IMG/VR virus record: IMGVR_UViG_3300020583_000010
Coordinates: 1 to 64,000 of that record
Origin: a virus
Length of the DNA stretch: 64,000 nucleotides
Strand: one strand, 5' to 3'
Shown here: positions 25,301 to 36,700 of the stretch, piece after piece
Position numbering within the stretch: position 1 is the stretch's first letter
Layout: every line of letters starts with the position of its first letter
Program-made: the position numbers and the translations under genes
The notes under the pieces: generated by a model
What the model was told of the DNA's origin: nothing
Databases searched by the model: none
What the model saw: only the letters and a program-made list of their open reading frames with translations

Positions 25301-26394
25301 GTGGCATTGAACGCCGCTGCTCCCGCTGAGGCTCCTCCTGGGTGAGCACTACTGCCAGTAGTCACTGTGGCATTGAACGCCGCTGCTCCCGCTGAGGCTC
25401 CTCCTGGCGTAGCTCCCACGAGAGGGGTAGCGGGATTGGCTGAAGCAGCGGCAGAGGCTTGGCCTACATTAGTGACATCTACTTCTACCTTAGGTTGTGA
25501 AGCTCCGGCAGAGGCAGTTGCAGTTGCCGGAGTTGCTCCAACTGCCGGAGTCGGAGTTTGTGCTGAAGCAGATACAGCCCCTGTAGAAGGAAGAACACCC
25601 GCTGCTGGAGTTGGCGAGTAGGCAGAAGTAGGTGCAGAAGCATTGCCAGCAGTTGGAGAAGCCGCAGAAAGAGGGTTAGGAAGATAGACTGTAGGGTTAC
25701 GCAATGCCATAGGACCGACATTACGGCGATTAGACTCTTTTCGGGGATAAGTCGGGTTAAAGTTACCAGCGGAAGCAGGAGCAGCCGCATTATACGCAGC
25801 AACCACGCCTTGCCATAGAACACTGTCACCCAGTGTCCATGTGTGCGCATTAGAACCACTGCTAATCAGATCAGCACACGCTGCCGCCCAATATCCAGAA
25901 CCATTCGTATTCACGAACTGCTGGGTTCCTGGGCCAGTATAAGTTATAGTTTCAGGATTTAGAGATGTGTTGTCAAAGAACCCACCGAAGCACAGGACAC
26001 CAGTAGCTGATCCAGTGGTGACAGATGTGCTAGTATTCGTCCCACTGTTAGTGGAAGCTGGAGCGCCAGGCTGCACACCACTATATTCTATGCCACCTAT
26101 CATAATAGTTGTGGCGGAGCCGGTGGTCACCGTGACGGTGTATGAACCTGAAGCCGGAAGTGTGATGCCATTTGCCCGGTAGATATGAATTCCAGGCGAT
26201 GTTGCAGGCTGAATGTCTAAGGTGAAGGTGGTGGGACTGACACCATTGTCAATGACTGATGAAATAGTACCATTGGTCTGAATGAAAATAAGTATGGTAT
26301 TACCAGCAGTAGGGTTAACACTCCATGCGGTGGACTGAGAAGTAGCACTTCCGATGATGCCAAGAGTACTTATTTGGCCTCTTACTATACTCAT
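22333..26394 (-). CDS. Large minor tail / baseplate hub protein with carbohydrate-binding-like domains
   Basis: Ser/Thr/Gly-rich N-domain, Ala/Pro/Thr linker, NVIANYSFQLGLEGW CBM-like start and a tail-hub-like C-terminal region. Confidence 0.8.
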   Translation of the reverse strand: MSIVRGQISTLGIIGSATSQSTAWSVNPTAGNTILIFIQTNGTISSVIDNGVSPTTFTLDIQPATSPGIHIYRANGITLPASGSYTVTVTTGSATTIMIGGIEYSGVQPGAPASTNSGTNTSTSVTTGSATGVLCFGGFFDNTSLNPETITYTGPGTQQFVNTNGSGYWAAACADLISSGSNAHTWTLGDSVLWQGVVAAYNAAAPASAGNFNPTYPRKESNRRNVGPMALRNPTVYLPNPLSAASPTAGNASAPTSAYSPTPAAGVLPSTGAVSASAQTPTPAVGATPATATASAGASQPKVEVDVTNVGQASAAASANPATPLVGATPGGASAGAAAFNATVTTGSSAHPGGASAGAAAFNATVEVDANPGTASATTSSGSSVIEVDASAGLAAVIASAASSVTPIPVTPGGPSESDIPFSASIPGYLPGSFTNYGLFSTSSAGASFLTPELPGMLPSTLPFALCSYSSMYNGALSSNYVQGVGWELKVYSGRTYTYMTTIPRYQSLSFNIALNNEGAGQVVIDRSDTVFLETLSTGGPGTDLIDDENVWQAIYNGQPIFEFLGTDVVETIVDASSEAQPVTISGAGTARMLQWAEAVPPGFPNEVFKISAVADTFQLSSLNPVFWNLTSPAAINAGQVYVDVANSRAAIAGTNTTYAVSPALAGGNYDVTSSAISAQITPLNMPIQPTNVIANYSFQLGLEGWDTNNSGAQTVGATAAVYTADSFDGDGFCAQVVATGAHQGIEQTVPALNPITYYQFNAWVKVKTSGQPTCTVYDSTNSKLGYPGSVVATIGEWSLIQASIRTGSLANVNLVCSVNSGTGASNFLVDTALLYEYTPFTSNAMMLSSAASPTTNYVMMELDCQESNQRLWARVFNNGVQSSIYLTSTYDPVQHNYWRIREFNGVFFFDTSPDGGTWTNQGSMAYAWNAKKVQLAFTCWYYGGYGATSGFSPMEVGNINSSGTPAVRSNGQVAATVNPGSASNYNLSQGNGAGLSNIYLEMPNAALWLDLLEQSQTRTTIPIINPTFTMFEDSFQVPWTDTASLVIANGTDLETQFEASLTAFNGDWLMLPNFQLVAANDGSMGNDLSSTVVFHSSGEIITHTRTRTRDQIANYVVVSDGTGNIVYQTSGASEVKWNQREKYVESSQATDIPTLSQMANATVNEFQYEVSQRTLQVPAEYPGHTVFLDYHIGDWIGVQNANLVDIDKVRVVGASISIDGTQDFVSVELTLETRIQLYVERLNVLLQKIGANADTQVIPASGASSVVVQQSSNSLTDNTFTQIVGDGVTSAFFIGHGLNTQSVTVTVLINSTGAMLVPGATTYTVTASSINQLTVTFNSAPSINQYTVVVKK
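25298..25407. repeat. Exact 44-bp direct repeat, 66-bp period, inside the tail gene
   Basis: 25298-25341 equals 25364-25407 (PGGASAGAAAFNATV twice). Confidence 0.9.
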
Positions 26395-26454
26395 GACAGT
26401 CCACCTCCTAGGCTATTAAAGACAGTCGAGTGATAGACCTCCTTAACTCACTGT

Positions 26455-27045
26455 TTAGTTAAGCCCATACACAAACATCTGGAGAAGCTGGATTGAGTTA
26501 GTGGCAGCCGCTGAGAAAGTGGCATTCATATTGAAGTAGAGAGGGCTTGTCTGATCTACCCCAGTAAATGTTCCTGGCTGAGCTGATCCTCCCCATACTT
26601 CAGCAGTAAATGGAGAAGCTAGACCCTTGTATGAAGTAAACTCGCCTACACCTCGGCCACCCATAGTAGCAGCACCAGAGGAATCATTGAATACTATATC
26701 TGCTTCAAATCTCCAGAAGTTATTGGAAGCTGATGCCGCAAGCGCTGTGACAGCCGTAGCAGCCAGTACAGTGCCTCCAGAAACACCGCCAGCAGCAGTG
26801 GTTCCTCTGAGAGTCATAGTCAAGTTACCTTGGGATGAGGCAGCAGTAGTAATAATCCCTTTAGCTACAACCCGAATAGACCTGCGGGAAGTTGGTGGAA
26901 AGGTTAAGAAACTTCCTGGTAGGAGAGCCTGAGTTCCCATAGCACTTGTATTGTTAAGGTTAGTCTCAGCGGCAGCAGTCACAGCCGTGCCTGCTGTATA
27001 TGTAGAGTATAGTAGCTCTACATTGGTTCCGGTCAAGAATGACAT
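26455..27045 (-). CDS. Virion structural protein
   Basis: Ala/Thr/Gly-rich; in the tail module. Confidence 0.75.
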   Translation of the reverse strand: MSFLTGTNVELLYSTYTAGTAVTAAAETNLNNTSAMGTQALLPGSFLTFPPTSRRSIRVVAKGIITTAASSQGNLTMTLRGTTAAGGVSGGTVLAATAVTALAASASNNFWRFEADIVFNDSSGAATMGGRGVGEFTSYKGLASPFTAEVWGGSAQPGTFTGVDQTSPLYFNMNATFSAAATNSIQLLQMFVYGLN

Positions 27046-27057
27046 ATTAAAATCCTA

Positions 27058-27549
27058 TTATGTAGTAGTGACACGGAAGATGCCATTGGCGTTCCAGATA
27101 ATACTGAAGTTTCCAGCTGTTACACTCTGTGCGCCACCGAAGTAGTTAAAGCAAATACCCTGGTTGGCAACAGTTCCTCCAGAGACTGAGGAATCATATA
27201 CAAGAGTTCCATAGGCGTTTGAAATAGTAACACCAGTAGCGGCTACAGTAGAGGCAGTGAATTGTTCATAACCAGTGCCATTACTGAATGCGTTACCACT
27301 GAGAGTCTGACCACCGGCGCTCCAGCCAGTTCCTGTTACTTCATTACCTGATACCCACTGACCTGCACCATAAGCTGAGTTAGCTAAAGTGTCATCCTTA
27401 TTAGGAGTAGCAGAGTTATTAAACAGTGCTGCTTTAATTGTGTCAGCTGTTAATGATGTGAACCCTGTAGGTTTTGTGCCATTCGTTACTGTCACAAATA
27501 AAGGATTAATTACAAACTGTGTGAATACTGAACTAGCAGACCAAGCCAT
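27058..27549 (-). CDS. Virion structural (tail) protein
   Basis: DTIKAALF..NEVTGTGW.AGG..F.I.W...GIF pattern. Confidence 0.75.
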   Translation of the reverse strand: MAWSASSVFTQFVINPLFVTVTNGTKPTGFTSLTADTIKAALFNNSATPNKDDTLANSAYGAGQWVSGNEVTGTGWSAGGQTLSGNAFSNGTGYEQFTASTVAATGVTISNAYGTLVYDSSVSGGTVANQGICFNYFGGAQSVTAGNFSIIWNANGIFRVTTT

Positions 27550-27563
27550 GTTAAGTCACTTCC

Positions 27564-27878
27564 TTAATTTCCCATAGGAATGAGTGCGCAGTCAGGAAAC
27601 ACGGCTACATCATTTCGCCCATCTGCATACTTCGTATTAACAGCCATTACCGGCCGACCTTCAGTATCTGTGTTCACGGTAGAACTACCTATGTAGTCTG
27701 CACGCTCCACTGCTTCAACTACACAGTCAGTGCCTGCCGGTACGAGCGGAGCAGTAAGACCTCTGAGGCCAGCGCATGAATGAAAGCGAGAATGAGGTAA
27801 AGCCTCATTTGTCACATCAACTACTGAGCAATTAGGGCATTCCCACTGCTGAGAAGTATTTAATATAGGCAGATCCAT
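27564..27878 (-). CDS. Hypothetical protein (WECPNC..FH.C)
   Basis: ORF in the tail module. Confidence 0.7.
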   Translation of the reverse strand: MDLPILNTSQQWECPNCSVVDVTNEALPHSRFHSCAGLRGLTAPLVPAGTDCVVEAVERADYIGSSTVNTDTEGRPVMAVNTKYADGRNDVAVFPDCALIPMGN

Positions 27879-27934
27879 ATCAGTCCAACCGTCGAGATAT
27901 CTACGTTACTATCATCGGATACATGCTTATACTC

Positions 27935-28840
27935 TTACGTTATTCCATACAGCCAAGCTTCCCCTGACAGGAAAGCTGAGGAGGCTCCGGAAGGTCCTAT
28001 AGCAATTGCTGAGATCATAGCGGAAGTCTGCCAGGAACCTTTGATATCAAGAGCACTGGCTGTTGATCCGCCATCAGTGGCATAGGAATGACAATGGAAG
28101 TGCTTTACTGCCGCGCTACTCGCGTAGTAAGGGATATCAATGTAGCCCGTACCTCCCAGACGGGTAGAGTAGTTAGTGTTCCACAGAAGGCCAGCCGCCG
28201 GAGCTCCTCCAGATGTAGTACCTGTAAGAGTCGTGACAGAGGAAGAACCTAGCTGAGAGTACATACCAACCCAGTTCGAAGAGACTGATAAGTTATTTAC
28301 CTTAAGATTTACGACATCTACACCATTCTGTATGGAACCTCCTGTACCATTACCGAGTAAGACATATACAATCCTTAGGTGATTATAAGTTGTAGGAATA
28401 GAGTTAAACAGCAATGAACCGCTAACCGGGGCTGCATTAGCTTGGAGGAGTTGAACAGTACCTCCACCCCAAGCGTTAGAAGGTAGTCCGTGTGCTCCTG
28501 AGGTAGGTGTATTAAGATTTATGTGCCACTGGGGTTCTGCCAAGTCAATTTGAGCAAATCCAGGTATTATATTAGTACCCTGGCTATGAGATAGTGGATT
28601 AGTTCCGTCATATCCCCGGGTAATCATATATGGACTACTAGAAGTTCCTGCACCCGATGTGACTAATCCTACTTCTTCATTAGCTGTGCCCGGTTCGAAT
28701 CTCACTGCAAAAGGAAATGATAAAGGCCAGTTCACTGTCGCTTGAACAGCTACAGCATTTGTGCTATCACTTATGCCTCCAGTATTGATAATAGTAGAAC
28801 CCTGAGCTAAGTTACTATAGTATCGATTCTGAGTAGTCAT
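27935..28840 (-). CDS. Minor tail protein (paralog A)
   Basis: MTTQNRYYSN..TRGYDGT..DLAEPQ. Confidence 0.8.
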   Translation of the reverse strand: MTTQNRYYSNLAQGSTIINTGGISDSTNAVAVQATVNWPLSFPFAVRFEPGTANEEVGLVTSGAGTSSSPYMITRGYDGTNPLSHSQGTNIIPGFAQIDLAEPQWHINLNTPTSGAHGLPSNAWGGGTVQLLQANAAPVSGSLLFNSIPTTYNHLRIVYVLLGNGTGGSIQNGVDVVNLKVNNLSVSSNWVGMYSQLGSSSVTTLTGTTSGGAPAAGLLWNTNYSTRLGGTGYIDIPYYASSAAVKHFHCHSYATDGGSTASALDIKGSWQTSAMISAIAIGPSGASSAFLSGEAWLYGIT

Positions 28841-28849
28841 ATTTATCCT

Positions 28850-29773
28850 CTAGTACGCATATAGTTCGAAAATGGAACTAGCCACAAACTGTGACCCTGT
28901 ACCAGTGAACTGCGGGAATAAAGTAATCGAAGACACAGCTCCGGTAACCTGTGAACAGACACCTCCGCCTTGCAAGGCATAACTATTAGCTAGCGTTGCT
29001 CCATCTGCTGTAGATGACTGAAAGTTATAACCTTTTGCCCAGACTGACTCTGTGAATCCTGGAATATCTATTATCGTTCTAGACGCAATGCTAGTTCCCA
29101 CATTGGAAGTCCAGCATAGTCCACAGACTCCCTGTGTCTGAGACACGTCTGCATGATTCGCTGAACTTCCTGAATTACTGGTCGCTAAACTATAGCCATC
29201 CCCATAGTTGGCCCCGGTGTACCCATTCAACTGAATCATCAGGTTCTCAATATTCGCTGAAGTATAAGATGTTTTACACTTAGCAAGAATCGTAAGATTA
29301 GAGCAACTAGATGGAATAGTTGAAAACATTGTAGAGGTGAAACTTACCGTGCTGGCGGGAGAGGCCAATACCTGTTGGTTGACCAGGGTCATCGTTCCAC
29401 CGAGCCATGCTGAGGCTGGCAGGCCATGCGCGCCAGATGCTGAACCTGTGAGGTTTATGTGCTGTTGAGGCTCAGCCAGGTCCAGTTGGCAAATCTTAGG
29501 TACTACAAGATCATTAAGGTTATGCGGCTGTGCTGTAGTATCGTCAAATCCTCTTGTGACAATATAAGGATTAATAGCAGAGCCGCTGCCTGAAGTAACT
29601 TCTACTAGTTCTTCTGTGACTGTTCCGGCTGCTATACTTAAAACAAAAGGAAAAGAAGTAGGCCAGTTAACATTAGAAGAAGTCTGTACATTAGTCTGTA
29701 CATTATTAAGTCCGCTAGAGTTAGACAGATAAGCAGCTTGGCCAAGATTAGTGTAGTAGCGGTTCTGAGTCAT
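28850..29773 (-). CDS. Minor tail protein (paralog B)
   Basis: MTQNRYYTN..TRGFDDT..DLAEPQ; tandem paralog. Confidence 0.8.
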   Translation of the reverse strand: MTQNRYYTNLGQAAYLSNSSGLNNVQTNVQTSSNVNWPTSFPFVLSIAAGTVTEELVEVTSGSGSAINPYIVTRGFDDTTAQPHNLNDLVVPKICQLDLAEPQQHINLTGSASGAHGLPASAWLGGTMTLVNQQVLASPASTVSFTSTMFSTIPSSCSNLTILAKCKTSYTSANIENLMIQLNGYTGANYGDGYSLATSNSGSSANHADVSQTQGVCGLCWTSNVGTSIASRTIIDIPGFTESVWAKGYNFQSSTADGATLANSYALQGGGVCSQVTGAVSSITLFPQFTGTGSQFVASSIFELYAY

Positions 29774-29824
29774 CGACTAGCCTCCCAGGGCTCTCTGTGT
29801 CCATATAACCATCGGATCTTAACT

Positions 29825-30715
29825 CTACGCGTATGGTGGTTGGAAAGATACAGAGGCATAGCCGGTGTCTCCAGTGTTAGAAGAAGATAGAGACAACTGG
29901 TTAACACCAGGATTATAGCTCATCCATCTTTTAGTACCTGAATGAGTAATGCTACCCGATAGATTAGCGCCATCTGAAGTTCTATTAGCTATAAAGTTAG
30001 AAACATCAAAAGTTACGGAATCCCCGCCCGCTATAGCAGTGTTCAACTGAATCCAAGTGTCTGGGTTAGGAGTTGTATTAGTCAGTCGCGGGTATAGCAG
30101 AGGGCCATAGAGTACCACAATATTATTCTGGTATGCTGCTATGTCATCACCTGTGTTTATAACAGTAGTTACTGTATTTAGATTAACCTGTTCAGTTATT
30201 GGAGGGCCATAGAAATAAGGATCTGCCAGAAGAAGGTCAATGGAGAAAGTTCCTGAATCGGCGTTTGGACCTTGAGTGGTTAACTGCATGTTTCCTGCCA
30301 CCTCTGCCATAGCAGTAGCAGAGACTAGGGTAGGAACTCCCATTGGAACACCTGTGTTCACGGGGAGAGTGTATTCCCATTGCCTAGTTAATGGAAACTG
30401 CGCACCTCCAACATTGTAGAATATGTTCTTTAAAGTCTGAACATTATCACTGAACTGAAGGTGCGTATTAAAAGCAGGATGACCGGTAGAAGGATCTATT
30501 CCACAAGTCCACATATTCAGTGTTATAGTCCTGCTGTCTGGATATTTAGGTCTGTAGATCTGTCCAGGAATATAGGCTACTTGAATGTTGTTACCACGCA
30601 TTATGGGCAGTGTTCTGCCGTCACCAAAGGTAGTTATATTCCAAGAATACTTATTAAGAGAAATACCATTGGCTATCCATGCTTCTTTAGTAGTATCTCC
30701 TATATCATAAGGCAT
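29825..30715 (-). CDS. Distal tail protein (Dit)
   Basis: Directly after the tape measure; RTITL, ADPYFYG, NTGD and PGVNQL motifs. Confidence 0.85.
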   Translation of the reverse strand: MPYDIGDTTKEAWIANGISLNKYSWNITTFGDGRTLPIMRGNNIQVAYIPGQIYRPKYPDSRTITLNMWTCGIDPSTGHPAFNTHLQFSDNVQTLKNIFYNVGGAQFPLTRQWEYTLPVNTGVPMGVPTLVSATAMAEVAGNMQLTTQGPNADSGTFSIDLLLADPYFYGPPITEQVNLNTVTTVINTGDDIAAYQNNIVVLYGPLLYPRLTNTTPNPDTWIQLNTAIAGGDSVTFDVSNFIANRTSDGANLSGSITHSGTKRWMSYNPGVNQLSLSSSNTGDTGYASVSFQPPYA

Positions 30716-30737
30716 TGGTCCTCCAGGACTCTAGTCA

Positions 30738-33700
30738 TCAGCCTCGTACTCCCTGTACTCTTACTCTCGACAGAGCCGACTGGTAAGACTCAGTCACACG
30801 CTCAGGTATAGCATTATGGATATTGAAGTTCTCAATATGAACTCCAGGACCAGAACGTCCCCCATCTGCACTAGAACCCGCAGTAGACTTAAGAGAGCCT
30901 ATGGTCTTATTTACAATACCTCCTGTGGCATAGCCAGGACTTGCAAATGACCCGATTCCGCCTGCGAACCCTCCGATTGAATAGCCCTTAGGAGGCAGAT
31001 TAGCATTGGCTTGCTGGACATTCTGGATACTGTTCGAGGTTAAGAGTATTGATTTACCCTGCTTCATTGTCCAAGAACCTAACTCAGTGGACACACACCA
31101 CACATCTTCACTTACTATTTCTTCAACAGCCAAGTAAGACTTAGAAATTCTGGGTACGGCCTGGTGTATAGTACCTGAAGGTATAGTACCTGAAGGCTTT
31201 CTACCATCAGTTCCCGCATTTAAAGTATTACGTCTGGGCTGATAACCCTCAAGATAAACGGCTAGAGCAATGCCATCTTGCACTTCTCCATCTGTCTGTA
31301 CAATAGAATAAACATCTGTTCCTCGTTTGCCTGTTTTACTCTTTACTTTGTATCCTTCTGCTTCAATAACACCGTGTAGCCATGCACTGCGCTGCTCTGA
31401 GGACATGGACAATACAAAGTTAATCGTGTCTTCATTGTGCTTGTAGCCAGAACGCCGAAGAAGGTCATTAATGTACTTTGTACTGAAAGTGAACTCATGA
31501 CGTTCCAGGTACCCATTCTTACGTGGAAGATAGACATGCTCCTTGAACGGAATATTTCCTTCCTCCATCATAGATCTGAGACGCTTCACGTGCTCGGGTT
31601 TAGCTTGATATAGAGTGCAACGTTTATTAAAGTTAGTCTTGCTCTTAGGGTCAGAGCGCCGGACTGTGCCATCTCCTGTGATCCATCCCAGAAGTTCAGC
31701 CTCAGCTGTAGTGATGTCTAGACCTTCAACTGTTCTGTGCGGCGATGAAACTACCAAATAGTCTCTAGGCCCAATGTCTACCGTCATCATCTTCTGACGT
31801 GTATGATGAATCTTCTTAGAACTAATTAAACCATGTACCCTGTTGCGATGTAGCCCAACGCCCTTTAGAGTCTTAAAATTATCCTTGTCACAAATGTCAC
31901 ACTTAAGATCATGAGAATCTCCCTTGTACTCATGATCAACTATCCAACGGTGGTTGGGCGTACACTTGACCTCAAGTTGAGAGTTCGACAGCTTGACGAG
32001 TGGTGCATCCTCATAGAAGTGTACCTGGGTGATCTTTGTCCACTCATTGTTACCGGTTTCGAAGTTGTAGCCGACTGTTTCATCACCCACTTGTACCTTA
32101 TCATATGTGAGCCATCCGCGCTTTGTTAGAATCATAGTATCCAGTGGGACACATCCGTAAGTAGCCTCGATATAGCGGATAGCCGCTGCTACGTTGGCAA
32201 TCGGATTCAAAAGGTCATCCGGCAGAGATGACACGCGGTAAGCCTCAAAAGTAGGCTTGATAACCTGAGCCAACCCCTCAGAAGGTGTACCTGCTGCTGC
32301 GTTAGAGTCAGAGTTGTTTACCGCTGAAGCATTCCATCCTGACTCTCTCTGAATAAGAGTATTAAGTCCTGCCTCCCACACACCCCATGAAGAAGTAGGG
32401 ACGCCAGCCGCCTGTAGTGCGGCATCAATAATGCCCTTCTGGCTTCCTGATGGAATTACTCCACCTATATCATTGTACTTCTTATCTTGAGCTGTAAGGA
32501 AAGAATCAATGGCTGCCTTAAATCCTAGAGCACCTGTTTTTAGAACAGACTCAGGAACACTCTTAGGGTCTGACAGTGTATTAACAGCAGGAGATGCGAA
32601 AGTGTTCCAGCCTGCGTCAAAGGCGCCCTTCATAGCGCCTAATACAAGGCCCTTGATGAAAGACTCTGCTGCCCCGAGACCAGTAGTTGTACTCTGGTTA
32701 GGATTCGACTGCTGCTGCTTTGTAAGCTGGCCAGGAGTGGGTACTGAACCACCAGGATTTGTAACAGGACCATTTCCTGTGGGACTTGTAGGATTAGTTA
32801 TCGGACCTCCGCCAGCAAGTCCTGGAACTCCGCCTCCACTAGCAAACTTAGGACTACCGCCAGCGCCTCCTGTGAGGCGCTGCTGTGTCATAACACCTAA
32901 GAATGTCTGATTACTGTCTCCTGAACTGATAAGATTCTTATCAGCATGGTTCAACCAGTGCAGCATATCACTGCCTAGAGCCTGAGCTGCCTTCTTGCGA
33001 ATTACAAACTCACCAGGTGTTAGTCTGGCCAGTGTAGAGTCGCTGGTATCAGTCTCTCCCAGGTTACCCTGGACATGTCCACCGGCAGCTAGCTTACTCA
33101 CATCATTAATGTGAGGAGCGCCTGGGATAACTCCAATAACATCGTCAATAAAGTGAATAACTGGATTGATTACTCCAGTTATGACTGAGTTTATAGCACC
33201 CTTGAAAGCCCCTTCAATACTGCTACCTAGCCCACTAAGGAAAGTCGAGATGGGTTGAATTACCTTTGAGGTAAAGAACCCTGATACTGAGTCAAACCAG
33301 TGTGGAATAGTTTGACTAAAGAAGCTGGGAATAGTATTCATAATGAAGTCTTTAATAGGATTATAGACATCATTTGTAAAGAAGCCGCCCACAGTGGAGA
33401 ACCACTTAGGTATTGTGGTTGTAAAGAAGCTTACAAAATCATTAGTGATCCAATTCTTTATAGGTGTGTAAACCTGTTGTGTGAACCAAGATTCTACTGT
33501 GGAGAACCATTTAGGTATAGTTGTAGTAAAGAACGATACGAAGTCGTTAGAAACCCAGTTCTTTATAGGTGTGTAAACCTGTTGTGTGAACCACTTGCCT
33601 ACGGTACTAAACCAGCTAGGTATAGTTGTAGTAAAGAACGATACGAAGTCTTTAGAAACCCAGTTCTTCACAGGGGTATAGACATCTTGTGTGAACCATT

Positions 33701-36700
33701 TACCTGCTGTGCTAAACCACTGTGGGATAGTAGAGGTAAAGAACGATACGAAGTCTTTAGAAACCCAGTTCTTCACGGGAGTATAGACATTCCTAGTGAA
33801 AGCACCCCCAGCACTTTCAAACCAATGAGGTATAGTAGAAGTAAAGAATCCAACAAAGTCTCTAGATACCCAGTTCTTCACCGGAGTGTAGACATCTCGC
33901 ATAAAGCTAGCTGAAGCTGTTCTAAACCAGTTGGGAATAGTAGTCGTGAAGAAGCCGACGAAGTCTCTAGATACCCAGTTCTTCACCGGAGTATAAGCAT
34001 CCCGCATAAACCAGCTGCCCACACTCTTAAACCAGCCAGAGATAGAACTGTTGGCAGCCTTTTCCCAGCCTGCATTTCCAGTAAAGAAGTCTCCTATAGC
34101 TTTATTCGCTGCTTTCTCCCAGCCTGACTTATCTGTGAAGAAGTTAGCTACAGCAGTATTAGAAGCTTTCTGCCATCCCTGATTTCCAGTAAAGAAATCC
34201 TTGATGGCCCGATTAGAAGCCTTTTCCCACTGAGTATCATCAGTGAAGAAGTTCTTAATAGCTATACCTTCAACATCTCGCACAGCCTTGGCTATTTGTC
34301 CTAGCTCTGAAGAGTCTGAAGTGGGACCTCCTGGGGTTCCTGGTGATCCAGGCTGCGCCTGCTGAGCAGGTACATAACCCTTCTGGCCTGGTCTTCCCTG
34401 CGCTGGAATATAAGGAGTAGCAGGTACTGAAGGAGTACCTGGGGAGTTTAACTTGTCCTGCTCCTGGCGTAGAGCCGACTTAGGATTAGTGACTCCGGTA
34501 ACTAAGTAAGCAACAAGAGCCGCACCTAGCGCAGTCGCGATTATACCAGCGGCAGCATCTCCAATAGTGAATTTGCCGCCATCTAGCGCATTCTTGTCAG
34601 CGGCAACACCTTCCTTATCTGCGGCAGTACCTTGTCCCGTAGCGGCTGTCAACTGCTTGTTTGCGGCATCCAACATTGTATCAGCCGCTGTCTGCATCTT
34701 TCCAGCAGTCGAGGTGTCTGCAACGCCCCCACCTGGAAGATTAACCCCAGGAAGTTTATTGAGCATGTCAACAAGACCAGACCACTTAGCAGAGGCTAGA
34801 TCTGAAAGCTTTCCAACAAGCGATAGCAGAGACGCTGAAACTACTACAGTAGCCATAACCCCGAACAGAGATGAAAGACCTGCCATCAGGTCTTTATTAG
34901 AATCCAACCACCTAAAGAAAGTATCCAGCGGATGAATAACTACATCAAGAGCTATCTGGGAAATATCATGGAAAATCTTTGACATTGTAGGCAGCGCACC
35001 AGCTACTATATCTGTCAAAGTCTTAAGTACAGGCTTAAGACCTTCAGCTATGCTAGCCACATCTGTTAGAATATTACCCAAGAACTTCAAGAACTCAGGT
35101 TTTACTAGCGCCCCAAATAGATCTACTAAAGCCTTGGCAATCTTTCCTAGGCCAGACAGGAAAGTCTCAGTGTCTGTTACCCATACCTTGAAGTTGACCT
35201 TATTTGCGTCATCTGCAATAGTATTAAGACCCTTACCTATACCGGTAAGGATGAAGTTACCTATAGGAGCTAGACCAGAACCCCAGTTATCAAATATGCG
35301 AGCTACGCCCCTGGCTATGTTCCCTACCTCAGCCAGTGCAATCATCATCTGGTTGAAGAAGTCTTTAAAACCACCATTCTTAGCAGTGGCATTAGAAACA
35401 TTTACCATACCTTGAGTAAATGTATCAAACCACTTAGCAATTATCACAGTGTATGGAGCTGCGGCAGTTGCCACTGTTCCCAGAACAGTCAGTAAATTAG
35501 TCACTGTATGACCGAAGGACACAAGACCATTAGCAGCAGCTTCAGAGATTGTAGTAAACTCTGAGCTCTTCATAAAGCTTATAAAGCCTTGAAGGATAGG
35601 TTGTAAAGCTTGACCGATAGCCTTAGACATATTAACTAAAGCAGTTGTTATCGGAGGAACAATGTCTTTAAGACCACCCAAAGGCCCGGCGATACCAGAC
35701 GCCAGGTTGGTAGCCATCTGGGGTACTACTTTTGATATATCATCAAATGCGCTTTGGAAAGCCTTCAGATCTTTAGCCACCTGCTGTATGGGTGTGCTGA
35801 AACTCTCGAACTGGGTCTGCGCCTGCCCTGAAACAAAACCTAAAGTGCCAGTTAAATCTTTAAAGGCAGCCTCTATCGGACCTATAGATAATTGCAGAGC
35901 TTTGAGAGCCTCTATCATTCCAACGACTACTGGAAGGAAAGTGGCAAATACACCGACAAGAGGTGAAAGCGCTCCAATAAGTCCACCAATAGCGGCGCCT
36001 AGACCAACTATAGCAGAAGCAATAGTTGGAATCAATGTGGCAAATACCATTAATGGAGCTATAAAACTAACTAGAGAACCTAGGGAACCTAAAATTCCAG
36101 ATACTCCTGCGTTAGCAGCTCCACCAAGACTACCAAGAATACCACCTATCCCGCCGCCAGAACCGCCTTCTGAAGAGGCAGCAGCAGATAGCCGCATAAA
36201 GTCTGCCGCCAGATCGTCTAGCCCACTCTTTAGATTTTTACCCATGCCCCACAGGTTTTGCCAACTGGCTGTAGTGTCATCTGCTGCTTTCTTAGCAGCC
36301 AGTTGCTTAACATTAAGTTTATCTAAGGCATCGCTATCAGCATTAATAGCTACAGTTGAGGCTGTTAGTTTAGCTATCATCGCATCTATAGTAGACGTGA
36401 GATCAGGATAAGTCTTCTTTAAAGAAAGTAAAGAATTTACAAGGCTCTGATTCTTTGTTATAGCTTGATCAGAGTTTACAGTGCCTTTTGCAATAGAAGT
36501 ATTAAGGTCATTCATTGCTTTCTGAATACCGGTTAGAGCAGTATTTGCAAATACCGTATCCAGAGTCTTCAGATTAGACAGTGAAGCAACATTAGCATCT
36601 ATCTTTGTGCGGTTATCATCAAGTATAGTTGAGAATTTAGCCATCTGACCTAGCACTGAATCAATACCAGATACAGTCTTATCAGAAGCTCCTGTAACTT

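Noticed and set aside
27935-29773. Diversity-generating retroelement in paralogous tail genes
   Set aside because: No reverse transcriptase and no near-identical TR/VR pair differing at adenines.
33300-34020. CRISPR-like regular repeats
   Set aside because: They are degenerate in-frame 105-bp coding repeats of the tape measure protein, without unique spacers.
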